From Myxococcota bacterium (GTDB lineage: Bacteria; Myxococcota_A; UBA796; SXON01), in contig JAZKFH010000024.1 of assembly GCA_040386535.1 (NCBI GenBank), positions 64,001 to 128,000 on the forward strand: 64,000 nt of DNA, written 5' to 3'. Numbering within the stretch: the stretch's first letter is position 1; every line of letters begins with the position of its first letter. The notes beneath the pieces were generated by a model that saw only the letters and a list, made by a program, of their open reading frames with translations, was not told the origin of the DNA and searched no databases. Shown here one piece after another: positions 51,515-60,457 of this stretch. The translations under genes were made by a program, and so were the position numbers.

Positions 51515-52423
51515 ATGTCCAAGATCTCGATCGGAAACGTCCAGCTCGACCTGGGTGCCGGGCGCCGCGGCGTCGACATGGGGCCCTCCGCCATCCATCT
51601 CGCCGGCCTCAAGAGCGGCATCATCGCGCTCGGCCACCAGGTGATGGAGAACTACGCCATCGGCGCCGCGTCGCAAGAGATGGTCGATCCCGGCGATCCA
51701 CACGCCCGCTTCCTCCCCGAGATCGCGCGCGTCTGCTCCGAGCTGGCCGACCGCGTCGAGCTCGCTCTGGAGCACGGCTGGTTCCCCGTCGTGCTCGGCG
51801 GCGATCACTCCGTCGCCATCGGCACGATCTCCGGCATCGCCCGCTTCTACCGCAAGCGCGGCCAGCGCATCGGCGTGTTGTGGGTCGACGCCCACACCGA
51901 CTCGAACACCCCCGAGACCTCGCCCTCCGGCAACATCCACGGCATGCCGCTCGCGGTGCTGCTCGGGCACGGTCCGCGCGACCTGGTCGCGATCGCGGGC
52001 GCCGAGCCCGCCCTCCGCATCGGCGACGTGTGCGTGATCGGCGCGCGCGACATCGACATGACGGAGCGTTCGGTCGTGCACGAGATGGGGCTGCGCGTCT
52101 ACACGATGAGCGAGTTGGACGAGCGCGGCACCGCCGTGTGCGTGCGCGAGGCCATCGAGCGAGTGAGCGCGCACACCGCCGGCGTGCACCTGTCCTTCGA
52201 TCTCGACGGCGTGGACCCCCAGCATGCGCCCGGCGTCGGCACGCCCGTGCCCGGCGGCCTCAACCTGCGCGAGTCCCACCTCATCTGCGAGAAGGTCGCG
52301 CAGACGGGCAAGGTGCTGGGCGTGGAGATGGTCGAGCTCAACCCGGTCATCGACAGCGAGAACCGCACCGGCAAGCTGGCCGTGTGGCTCATCCTCTCGG
52401 CGCTCGGCAAGACCATCCTGTAG
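51515..52423 (+). CDS. rocF: Arginase
   Basis: GAGRRGVDMGPSA, GGDHS, DAHTD, SGNIHGMP, SFDLDGVDP..APGVGTPVPGG, ELNP. Confidence 0.93.
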   Translation: MSKISIGNVQLDLGAGRRGVDMGPSAIHLAGLKSGIIALGHQVMENYAIGAASQEMVDPGDPHARFLPEIARVCSELADRVELALEHGWFPVVLGGDHSVAIGTISGIARFYRKRGQRIGVLWVDAHTDSNTPETSPSGNIHGMPLAVLLGHGPRDLVAIAGAEPALRIGDVCVIGARDIDMTERSVVHEMGLRVYTMSELDERGTAVCVREAIERVSAHTAGVHLSFDLDGVDPQHAPGVGTPVPGGLNLRESHLICEKVAQTGKVLGVEMVELNPVIDSENRTGKLAVWLILSALGKTIL

Positions 52424-52472
52424 CGCCCGTTCGCAAGCTGAAACTCGGCGGGTCGAGTAGATTTCTCGGGAG

Positions 52473-54347
52473 GTGACGGTGCGCGTTTGGCTGCTTCCAT
52501 GTCTCGGAGTGTGCCTCGCGGCCTGTACCTCCACGTCGAAAGACGACACCGGCTCCGGCCCGGTCGAGCTGAGTTGTGAGGGGGCGCCCCCGCCCACCTG
52601 GTACGCCGATCTCGACGGGGACGGCTTCGGGCGCGCCGGATCCGACCGCGCGGCCTGCGAGGTGCCCGAGGACTACGTCGCCAACGCGGATGACTGTGAC
52701 GACGCGCGCGCCGGCGTGTTCCCCGGCGCGGCCGAGGCGTGTGACGGCCTGGACGGCGACTGTGACGGCGAGGGAGACGACACCGATCCCGACGTGACGC
52801 GAACGAGCTGGTACCTCGACGCGGACGCTGATGGCTACGGGGATGCCGACGCGACCACGTCCGCCTGCGCCGCCCCCCCCGGCTACGCGGCCGCGGCCGG
52901 AGATTGCGCGGACGACAACGCCGCCGTGTTCCCCGACGCGCCCGACGCGTGTGGTGGCGGAGACGACGATTGTGACGGCGCGGACGACGCGTGCACCCGC
53001 GAGGGGGAGCTCTCCGTGGCCGACGCGGACGCGACCCTGGTGGGCGAGGCCGCGGGGGACGCGGCCGGGACGTGGGTCGCCGTCGGCGATGTCGATGGGG
53101 ACGGCATCGCCGACGCGTTGACCAGCGCGCCCTACGCGGAAGGGGTGGCCGGCGCGGCGTGGCTCGTGCGCGGCCCGTTCATGGGGACGCGGCGCCTGGA
53201 GGACGCGGATCTCCGCATCGCGGGCACGCCCCCGGTGGACGACATGGGTGGCTTCACGATCGGGCCCGTGGCCCTCGGGGATCTCGACGGGGACGGCCTC
53301 GCGGAGCTCGTGATCGCCGCCCCGGACGGCGGGGCCGAGACCGGCGTGTGGCGCTTCCTGGGCACCGCGCGCGGCGCGATGGATCTGGACGCGGCGGACG
53401 GCGAGCGCCTCGGCGGGCCCGATGACGGCGTCGGCACCAGCCTCGCCATCGGCGGGGACCTCGACGGGGACGGCCTGTTCGACCTGCTCGTGGGCGCGCC
53501 GGGCGCGAGCGTCGAGGGCGTGGAGCGGGGCGGCGTGGCGCTCGTCAGCGGCGCGTTCGGCGGCACGGGCCTGCTGGCGGACACGGCTACATGGCTGTTC
53601 GGGGAGACCGCGGGCGCCGAGGCCGGAGCCGCGGTGGCCAGCCCCGGAGACATCGATGGAGACGGCTTCGCCGATCTGCTCGTGGGGGCGCCCGGCGCCA
53701 TCGCCGCGGGCGATATCGACGCGGCCGCCATCGGGGCGGCGTACCTGTTCTACGGGCCGCTCTCCGGGTCCCCGTCGCTCGCGGACGCGGACGGCACCCT
53801 GTACGGCGAGGCGGCGGGTGACCGCGCGGGCGCCGCGGTCGCCGGGGTGGGCGACATCGACGGGGACGGCGTGGCCGACGTGATGATCGGCGCCCCGGGG
53901 GTGGACCTCGGCGGCGACGACACGGGTGACCTCGGCACCCTCGACGTCGGCGCGGCCTACCTCGTGCGCGGGCCGATCACGGGCGAGGGCCTGTTGGCCG
54001 ATGCCCACTGCACCCTGTTGGGTGACACCGCCGGCCACGACGCCGGCACGACGATCGTGGCGCTGGGCGACATGAACGAGGATGGCCGCGCGGACGTGGG
54101 GGTGGCCGGGGCCGGCGCGGGGCGCGCGTGGCTCCTGCTCGGGCCGTTCGCGGGGACGGTCGCCCTGACCTACGCCGAGGTGACGCTGGTTGGCGGCGAT
54201 GCCCTGGACGAGACCGGCGCGAGCCTCGCGGGCGGCGCGGATCTCGACGGCGACGGGGAGTTCGACCTGCTCGTCGGGAGCCCCGGGGCGGACGCGGGGG
54301 GCAGCGGCGCGGGGATGGTCTCGATGGTGCGGGGGTGGGTGCGATGA
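52473..54347 (+). CDS. Lipoprotein with DCDD repeats and FG-GAP (integrin-alpha-like) repeats
   Basis: LAAC; two DCDD-type repeats; about seven GD.DGDG..DL..GAP repeats. Confidence 0.85.
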   Translation: MTVRVWLLPCLGVCLAACTSTSKDDTGSGPVELSCEGAPPPTWYADLDGDGFGRAGSDRAACEVPEDYVANADDCDDARAGVFPGAAEACDGLDGDCDGEGDDTDPDVTRTSWYLDADADGYGDADATTSACAAPPGYAAAAGDCADDNAAVFPDAPDACGGGDDDCDGADDACTREGELSVADADATLVGEAAGDAAGTWVAVGDVDGDGIADALTSAPYAEGVAGAAWLVRGPFMGTRRLEDADLRIAGTPPVDDMGGFTIGPVALGDLDGDGLAELVIAAPDGGAETGVWRFLGTARGAMDLDAADGERLGGPDDGVGTSLAIGGDLDGDGLFDLLVGAPGASVEGVERGGVALVSGAFGGTGLLADTATWLFGETAGAEAGAAVASPGDIDGDGFADLLVGAPGAIAAGDIDAAAIGAAYLFYGPLSGSPSLADADGTLYGEAAGDRAGAAVAGVGDIDGDGVADVMIGAPGVDLGGDDTGDLGTLDVGAAYLVRGPITGEGLLADAHCTLLGDTAGHDAGTTIVALGDMNEDGRADVGVAGAGAGRAWLLLGPFAGTVALTYAEVTLVGGDALDETGASLAGGADLDGDGEFDLLVGSPGADAGGSGAGMVSMVRGWVR

Positions 54348-56407
54348 GGCGGCTTCTGGAAGGATCAGCGATCTCGTTCCTGCTGGCGCTCGGGATGCTC
54401 GCCGGCTGCACCGAGGACAAGCGCGGGAAGGTCGACCATGACGGCGACGGCGCGAGCGCGTCCATCGACTGCGACGACACCGATCCCACGCGGTTCCCCG
54501 GGAACCCTGAGCGCTGTGACGGCTTCGACGAGGACTGCGACGGCGTGGCCGACAACCTCGCGATCGACGCGATCCTGACCTACACCGACCTCGACGGCGA
54601 CGGCTTCGGGGACAACGCCTCGGCCTTCGCGTCGTGCGTGGCGCCCGTGCGCGGCGTGGCGAGGGGCGACGACTGCGACGACGCCGATGCCACCGTGTTC
54701 CCCGGCGCCTACGAGACCTGTGACGGACGCGACCAGGACTGCGACGGCGCGATCGACGTGGGCGCGATCGACGCCCGCACCCGCTACCCGGACGCCGACG
54801 GCGACGGCTACGGGGACGACGCGGCCGTGGTCACCAGCTGCGACGCGGTCGGCCTGGACGAGGGCGGGGACTGCGACGACGCCGACGCCGCGGTGTTCCC
54901 CGGCGCCGAGGAGCGTTGTGACGCCGTCGACACCGACTGCGACGGCCTCGCCGATGTCGGCGCGACGGACGGCGTGGCCTGGTACACGGACGCCGACGGG
55001 GACGGCTACGGCGATCCCGAGAGCGACGGCGTGGTGGACTGCGCGGCGGACGGCCGCGCTCCCAACCGGTTCGACTGTGACGACGCCGACGCGGGGATCA
55101 GCCCGGAGATGGGCGGGTGCGGCCTCGTCGGCGAGAGCGAGCCGGTCGACGCCGGGCTCACCCTGTTCGGCGTCGACGAGGGCGACGCCGTCGGCACCCT
55201 CCACGTCGCGGCCGACCTCGACGGCGACGGCGCGGCCGAGTTGCTCGTGGGTGCGCCGAGCGCGGACGCCTTCTACGTGCTGGCCGGCCCGCTCCGCGGG
55301 GACGAGTCGCTCGCCAGCCCGCTGATCAAGCGCCGCTACGTCAGCGGAGGCGCGTCGTTCGGCGCCGCGCTCGCCGTGGGCGACTTCGACGGGGACGGCG
55401 TGCCCGACGTGGCCGTGGGCGCCCCGGACGACGACACGCTCGGCGCCTACAGCGGCCGCGTGTGGATCTTCGCCGGGCCGCTCGCCGGCAGCACCACCGA
55501 GGCGAGCGCGCTGCGCGCCATCGACGCCGAGAGCTCCCGCGACGGCCTGGGCGAGGCGCTGGTGGCCGTGCCCGACGCCGACGGCGACGGCCTGGCCGAC
55601 CTGCTCGTCGGCGCTCCCGACGATGGGCTGGGCGCCGGCATCGCGTACCTCATCAGCGGCACCAGCACCGACCTGACGACCCCCATCGCCCGGTTCGAGT
55701 CCGCCACCTCCTACGACCGCGCCGGGAACAACGTCGCCGCGGGTGACCTCGATGGCGACGGCCTCGCCGACTACGTCATCGCGGCCCCGAGCGCGCCCGA
55801 GGTCTACGTGATGTCGGGCGGCGTGACCGGCACCATCGACCTGTCCGACGCCGACACCACCATCGGCGGGCGCGGCTCCGGCTACCAGACGGGCAAGTCC
55901 CTCGCCGTGGTCGGCGATCAGGACGGGGACGGCCTGCTCGACCTGTTCGTGGGCGGCCCGACCACCGGGAGCAGCGTGTCGGTCTCCGGCGGAGAGGCGT
56001 GGGTCCTGGTCACGCCCCTCGCTGCGGACGTGACCCTCGGGCGCCACGAGTGGGCCACGCTCGTGGGCGAGGCCACGGGAGACGCCGCGGGCGGATCGGT
56101 GGCTGGCGGCGATCTCGACGGGGACGGCCACGACGACCTCGTGATCGGCGCCGCGGGCAACGATCGCGCGCACACCGACGCGGGCGCCGCCTACGTGTTC
56201 TACGGCATCACGAGCGGAAGCACCCCGCTCGCCAGCGCCGACGCGATGCTCCTCGGGCACGCCGCAGGGCTCGCGCTCGGCAGCGGCGCGCTCCTCGCGG
56301 ACCTCGACGGCGACACCCTCGCCGACCTCGTGGCGGGCGGCGTGGGCGAGTCCGTGGGCGGGGTGGGCGCCGGCGCCACGTGGGTGTGGTTCGGCGGGCG
56401 GCGCTGA
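54344..56407 (+). CDS. Tandem paralog: lipoprotein with DCDD repeats and FG-GAP repeats
   Basis: ATG 54344 overlaps the upstream stop; LAGC; four DCDD motifs; about seven FG-GAP repeats. Confidence 0.85.
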   Translation: MRRLLEGSAISFLLALGMLAGCTEDKRGKVDHDGDGASASIDCDDTDPTRFPGNPERCDGFDEDCDGVADNLAIDAILTYTDLDGDGFGDNASAFASCVAPVRGVARGDDCDDADATVFPGAYETCDGRDQDCDGAIDVGAIDARTRYPDADGDGYGDDAAVVTSCDAVGLDEGGDCDDADAAVFPGAEERCDAVDTDCDGLADVGATDGVAWYTDADGDGYGDPESDGVVDCAADGRAPNRFDCDDADAGISPEMGGCGLVGESEPVDAGLTLFGVDEGDAVGTLHVAADLDGDGAAELLVGAPSADAFYVLAGPLRGDESLASPLIKRRYVSGGASFGAALAVGDFDGDGVPDVAVGAPDDDTLGAYSGRVWIFAGPLAGSTTEASALRAIDAESSRDGLGEALVAVPDADGDGLADLLVGAPDDGLGAGIAYLISGTSTDLTTPIARFESATSYDRAGNNVAAGDLDGDGLADYVIAAPSAPEVYVMSGGVTGTIDLSDADTTIGGRGSGYQTGKSLAVVGDQDGDGLLDLFVGGPTTGSSVSVSGGEAWVLVTPLAADVTLGRHEWATLVGEATGDAAGGSVAGGDLDGDGHDDLVIGAAGNDRAHTDAGAAYVFYGITSGSTPLASADAMLLGHAAGLALGSGALLADLDGDTLADLVAGGVGESVGGVGAGATWVWFGGRR

Positions 56408-56410
56408 CGC

Positions 56411-56761
56411 TCAGGCCGGCGGGGGCGCCTTCTGCCAGGGCCAGCGCCCCTCGACCTCGAGCTCGATCGTGAAGGACAGGAAGGTCCGGATGAGCACGAT
56501 CATCGCCAGCACCGTCACGCCGGTGAGCGTCGGGTCGTGGCTCACGGTGCGGATGATGTCGGCGGCGACGAGGAACTCGAGCCCGAGCAGGATCGCGCGC
56601 CCGAGGTAGCGGCGGAACAACGCGTAGTTGTCCTCGGTCTCGCCGCGGGCGTAGCGCACCCCCACGATGCCCGCGGCGAGCGCCGCGCCCACCAGCACGA
56701 CCAGAACCCCGGTGCCCTCGACCAGCTGGGCGGCCAGGACGACGTAGTCCTCGAACTCCAT
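56411..56761 (-). CDS. DUF1622 membrane protein
   Basis: RRYLGRAILLGLEFLVAADIIRT...IRTFLSF.IELE.EGRWPWQ. Confidence 0.9.
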   Translation of the reverse strand: MEFEDYVVLAAQLVEGTGVLVVLVGAALAAGIVGVRYARGETEDNYALFRRYLGRAILLGLEFLVAADIIRTVSHDPTLTGVTVLAMIVLIRTFLSFTIELEVEGRWPWQKAPPPA

Positions 56762-56792
56762 GCGTCCTCCCTCCCCTTCTCTAACCGCCTCC

Positions 56793-57572
56793 CTACGAGC
56801 TCGCGCTGGTGTAGTGCCGGAGCGCCTGCACCCACGCGATGCGGCTCACCACCAACATGCCGATGCCCACCCCGACCGCCTGCGCCGCGAGCGCGAGGTC
56901 GAGGCGGCCGAGCAGCGCGAGCGCGGGGTAGGAGGTCACCAGCGCCACCGGCACGAACACGGTCAGGAAAACGCGCACCCAGCCCGTGTAGATGGTGACG
57001 GGCCAACGCCCCGCGTCGACGACGGCGCCGAGCAGGTAGCGCAGGTTGTCGACCCGCACGAACCAGAAGCTCGTGCAGATGACGAGCACCCACAGGCCGT
57101 AGACGGCGGCGAGCCCCGCCAACAGGAGCCCGGCCGCCGTCAGCGCGTCCACGGGGGTGGGCGTCGGCAGGTGCGCGAGGGCGTACGCCCCTACGACGAG
57201 CCCGCCGAGCAGATCCCAGAGGCGCGCGGGCGCGACGCGCTGGAAGCTGGCGACGAACTGCGCGTCGGGCGGCTTGAGCAGCAGGTAGTCGAGCTGGCCC
57301 GACCGCACGCCCTCGACGAGCGCGCCGAGGTTGGGCTCGACCAGGCCACCCACGAGCGCCTGGAGCACCAGGAAGAAGGCGCCCACCAGCAGGGCCTCGT
57401 GGAGCGACCAGCCCGCCACGGAGCCGGTGTGGTCGTAGACGAACAGGAGCGGGAGCGCCACGCCGGCGGTGGTGCCGAGGCCGACGAAGAACTCGAGCAG
57501 GAAGCTCGCGCGGTACTGCATCGCCGTCATCAGCGCGACGCGGACCAGGGCCAACAGGACGCCGCTACGCAC
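56793..57572 (-). CDS. ABC-2 family (DUF990-type) permease
   Basis: MQYRASF, GWS, VRSGQLDYLLLKP, SFWF, GRWP..IY, VPVAL...YPA. Confidence 0.88.
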   Translation of the reverse strand: MRSGVLLALVRVALMTAMQYRASFLLEFFVGLGTTAGVALPLLFVYDHTGSVAGWSLHEALLVGAFFLVLQALVGGLVEPNLGALVEGVRSGQLDYLLLKPPDAQFVASFQRVAPARLWDLLGGLVVGAYALAHLPTPTPVDALTAAGLLLAGLAAVYGLWVLVICTSFWFVRVDNLRYLLGAVVDAGRWPVTIYTGWVRVFLTVFVPVALVTSYPALALLGRLDLALAAQAVGVGIGMLVVSRIAWVQALRHYTSASS

Positions 57573-58362
57573 CGACCGCTCCGTAGCGACGCAAGCCGGC
57601 GCGCCAACCGACCAGGGTGCCGAGGCCCAGGATCGCCACCCACGCGGCCTGGACCGCGAGGGTGCGCCCGATGGGGGCGAGGCCGAGGAGGAGCTCCACC
57701 GGCGCCCCGAGCGAGGCGTGGAAGGGCAGCCAGGCGGCCACCGCGGCCACGTTCGCGGGGAGCAACGGCAGGGGGATGAGGTAGCCGCCGAGCAACGCCC
57801 ACACGAAGAACCACACCTGGAACAGGCCGAGCGACTGGTCGAACCAGAAGGCGAGCACGCCGAAGAGGCACTGGACGAACCAGGCGACGAGCAGCGCGAA
57901 GAAGAGCGAGACCACAAAACCGGCGGCGGCGGCAGGCGCGGGCACGAACAGGATCTCGGGGCGCCACACGGCCACGGCCGCGAGGACGGGGCCGAGCACC
58001 ACGAGGCGCCACGGCACGGCGGCGACGGTCTCCGCGAACTGCCACCACAAGGGGTTCATCGGGCGGAGGAGCTGCGGCGAGAGCGAGCCGGTGCGGATCT
58101 GCTGGTTGAGCTCCCAGAGCACCCACACGCCGGTGAGCTGCCGCACGAGCAGCGTCACGGCGAAGTAGCGCGCGAAGTCGGCCTGCCCGAAGCCGGCGAG
58201 CGGCCCGTCCGCCGCGGCCGCGTTCCACAACGCGAGCATGACCAGGGGCAGCGTGGCCGTGAGGATCCAGATGATCATCTCGGCGCGGTAGGCGACCATC
58301 TCCGCCACGGCGATGCGGAGGAGCGAGGGAAACGCGCGCAGGGCCTGGATCAGCCCGGTCAC
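57565..58362 (-). CDS. ABC-2 family (DUF990-type) permease
   Basis: AYRAE, IRTGSLS..LLRP, AFWF, GG.LIPL.LLP, LPF. Confidence 0.88.
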   Translation of the reverse strand: MTGLIQALRAFPSLLRIAVAEMVAYRAEMIIWILTATLPLVMLALWNAAAADGPLAGFGQADFARYFAVTLLVRQLTGVWVLWELNQQIRTGSLSPQLLRPMNPLWWQFAETVAAVPWRLVVLGPVLAAVAVWRPEILFVPAPAAAAGFVVSLFFALLVAWFVQCLFGVLAFWFDQSLGLFQVWFFVWALLGGYLIPLPLLPANVAAVAAWLPFHASLGAPVELLLGLAPIGRTLAVQAAWVAILGLGTLVGWRAGLRRYGAVGA

Positions 58363-59384
58363 GGCGTCCCCTCGTTCGAGGGCTGGGGGGCCGGCTCGGG
58401 CGCGCCGGCGGAAGCGCTGTCCGGCTCGCTGCCCGCGGCCCTGCGGAAGTAGCGCCCCATCACCTCTTCGAGGGGTGTCTCCTCCACCCCGAGCTCCGCG
58501 AGCGGCACCATCGCGAGCACCCGGCCGAGGAGCGCGTTCACGTCCTCCGGGGCCACCGCGGCCACCATCTTGCCGGCCTCCTCGACGAACCCGAGCGCGA
58601 GCAGCGCGGGCTCGATCGTCCGCACCACGACGCGGCGCTCGGGCGCCATCTTGCGCGCGAGCTCGGTGAGGGCGCCGTCGTAGCGGAGCCGCCCCTCGTC
58701 GATCACGAGCAGGCGCGGCGTGAGCGCGGCGATGTCCTGCATGTAGTGGCTGGTGAGCAGCACCGTGGCGCCGAAGCGCTGGTTGATGCCCGCGATGAAC
58801 TGGCGCACCTGCACCTGCATCTCCACGTCGAGGCCGATCGTGGGCTCGTCGAGGAACAGGACCTGCGGCCGGTGCAGCAGCGCGGCGGCCAGCTCACACT
58901 TCATGCGCTCGCCGAGCGAGAGGTTGCGCACCGGTTTGTCCAGGAGAGGCTCGATGCGCAGCATGGTCACGAGCTCGTCGAGCGTGCGCGCGTGGTCGGC
59001 GCGGGCGATGCCGTACATGGCGCGGTTGAGCTCGAAGGTCTCGCGGGGGGGCAGATCCCAGAGGAGCTGCTGCTTCTGGCCCATCACCAGCGTGATGCGA
59101 CGGAGGAACGCCGTGTCGCGGTCCTGCGGGCGGGCGCCGAGCACGCGGACGCCGCCCGACGTGGGGTGAAGGAGCCCCGCCAGCATCTTCAACGTCGTCG
59201 TCTTGCCAGCGCCGTTCGGCCCGAGGAAGCCGACCCGCTCCCCCTGCTCGATCCGGAAGGACAGATCCTTCACGGCCTCGACATCTCGCCACTTCCGGGA
59301 CACGAGGGAGCGCACCGAGCCGAGGAACCCCGGCTCCTTGATCGGTACCCGGTACGTCTTGGTGAGGTGCTCGACCTCGATCAT
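58359..59384 (-). CDS. ABC exporter ATP-binding protein
   Basis: GPNGAGKTT, LSLGERMK, FLDEPTIGLD, LTSH. Confidence 0.95.
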   Translation of the reverse strand: MIEVEHLTKTYRVPIKEPGFLGSVRSLVSRKWRDVEAVKDLSFRIEQGERVGFLGPNGAGKTTTLKMLAGLLHPTSGGVRVLGARPQDRDTAFLRRITLVMGQKQQLLWDLPPRETFELNRAMYGIARADHARTLDELVTMLRIEPLLDKPVRNLSLGERMKCELAAALLHRPQVLFLDEPTIGLDVEMQVQVRQFIAGINQRFGATVLLTSHYMQDIAALTPRLLVIDEGRLRYDGALTELARKMAPERRVVVRTIEPALLALGFVEEAGKMVAAVAPEDVNALLGRVLAMVPLAELGVEETPLEEVMGRYFRRAAGSEPDSASAGAPEPAPQPSNEGTP

Positions 59385-59509
59385 GCGGACCTTCGAGAAC
59401 GAGCACCATACGCCTGCCGCCGCCGTGCTTCCACCCCTCCCGGGCAGGACGGACGACGCGCGACCCCCCCGAGCTTGCTACGATCGCCCCGCACGGAAAG
59501 GACGCTCCT

Positions 59510-60457
59510 CTGTCGATCACGATCCTCGGCCCCGAACGGCCGACACCGTACCTGCCCGCGGTGCTCGCCGACGCAGGCGTTCGCGGCCCGATCGCGCTCG
59601 TCAGCGCCGGTTGGCGTCACGACGAGGCGCGGGACGAGCCCCTGCGCGAGGCCGTCGGCGTCCCCGTTCAGAACCTCGGGCTCTACGCCTCTTTTCGCCT
59701 GCTCGAGCGCGAGGCCTCCGATCTGGTCTCCACCTACACGCTCAAGCAGTCCTCGCTCCGCCGCATCAAGGAGCGGTACCGCATGGCGATCGTGCCGGCG
59801 CTGGCCGGGTGCCGCGAGCTCTGGGCCCGGCGCCGGGACGCCGACTGCCCATGGTTCCAACAGGCGATCCTCCACCTCCAGACCATCGACAAGCTGTTCC
59901 TCGGCGAGTCCGACCGCCTCCACCGCGAGTACGACGAGCAAGCGCGGCCGTTCGCGCACCGTCGCGTCCGCGCCGAGCTCGATCGCCTCCGCAAGGCGCT
60001 GGACGACTGCCACGCCGTGCTCATCGCCGGCGGCCATGTGGGCGTGCTCCGCAACCGCCTCGCGTTCTTCGGGTTCGACGAGTGGCTGCGGAACCGCCGT
60101 GTGTTCGCGTGGTCGGCCGGGGCGATGGCGCTGACCGATCGGGTGGTGCTGTTTCACGACCACACCACCTACGGCGTCGGCCTCGCCGAGATCCTCGACC
60201 GCGGGCTCGGCCTCGTGCCGGGCGTGGTCTTCCTGCCGCACGCGCGCGAGCGCCTGGCCCTCGACGATGTCGAGAACGTCGCGATCCTCTCGAAACGTTT
60301 CGGGCCCTCGATCGCGATCGGCCTGCAGAACGGCGCGCTGCTCCGGGACGTCGGAGCGAACGGCTTCATCAACAGCGGCACGCCGGACGCGGCGATGCGC
60401 CTCGGGCCCGACGGCGTGCTCGCGCCGCTCACGGAGGCCCATGCGGCCGCTCCTTGA
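59510..60457 (+). CDS. Class I glutamine amidotransferase-like / peptidase S51 (dipeptidase E, cyanophycinase-like) protein
   Basis: LIAGGHV, FAWSAGAMAL (nucleophile elbow), GLGLVPGVVFLPH. Probable CTG start at 59510 (track start 59561). Confidence 0.75.
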   Translation: MSITILGPERPTPYLPAVLADAGVRGPIALVSAGWRHDEARDEPLREAVGVPVQNLGLYASFRLLEREASDLVSTYTLKQSSLRRIKERYRMAIVPALAGCRELWARRRDADCPWFQQAILHLQTIDKLFLGESDRLHREYDEQARPFAHRRVRAELDRLRKALDDCHAVLIAGGHVGVLRNRLAFFGFDEWLRNRRVFAWSAGAMALTDRVVLFHDHTTYGVGLAEILDRGLGLVPGVVFLPHARERLALDDVENVAILSKRFGPSIAIGLQNGALLRDVGANGFINSGTPDAAMRLGPDGVLAPLTEAHAAAP

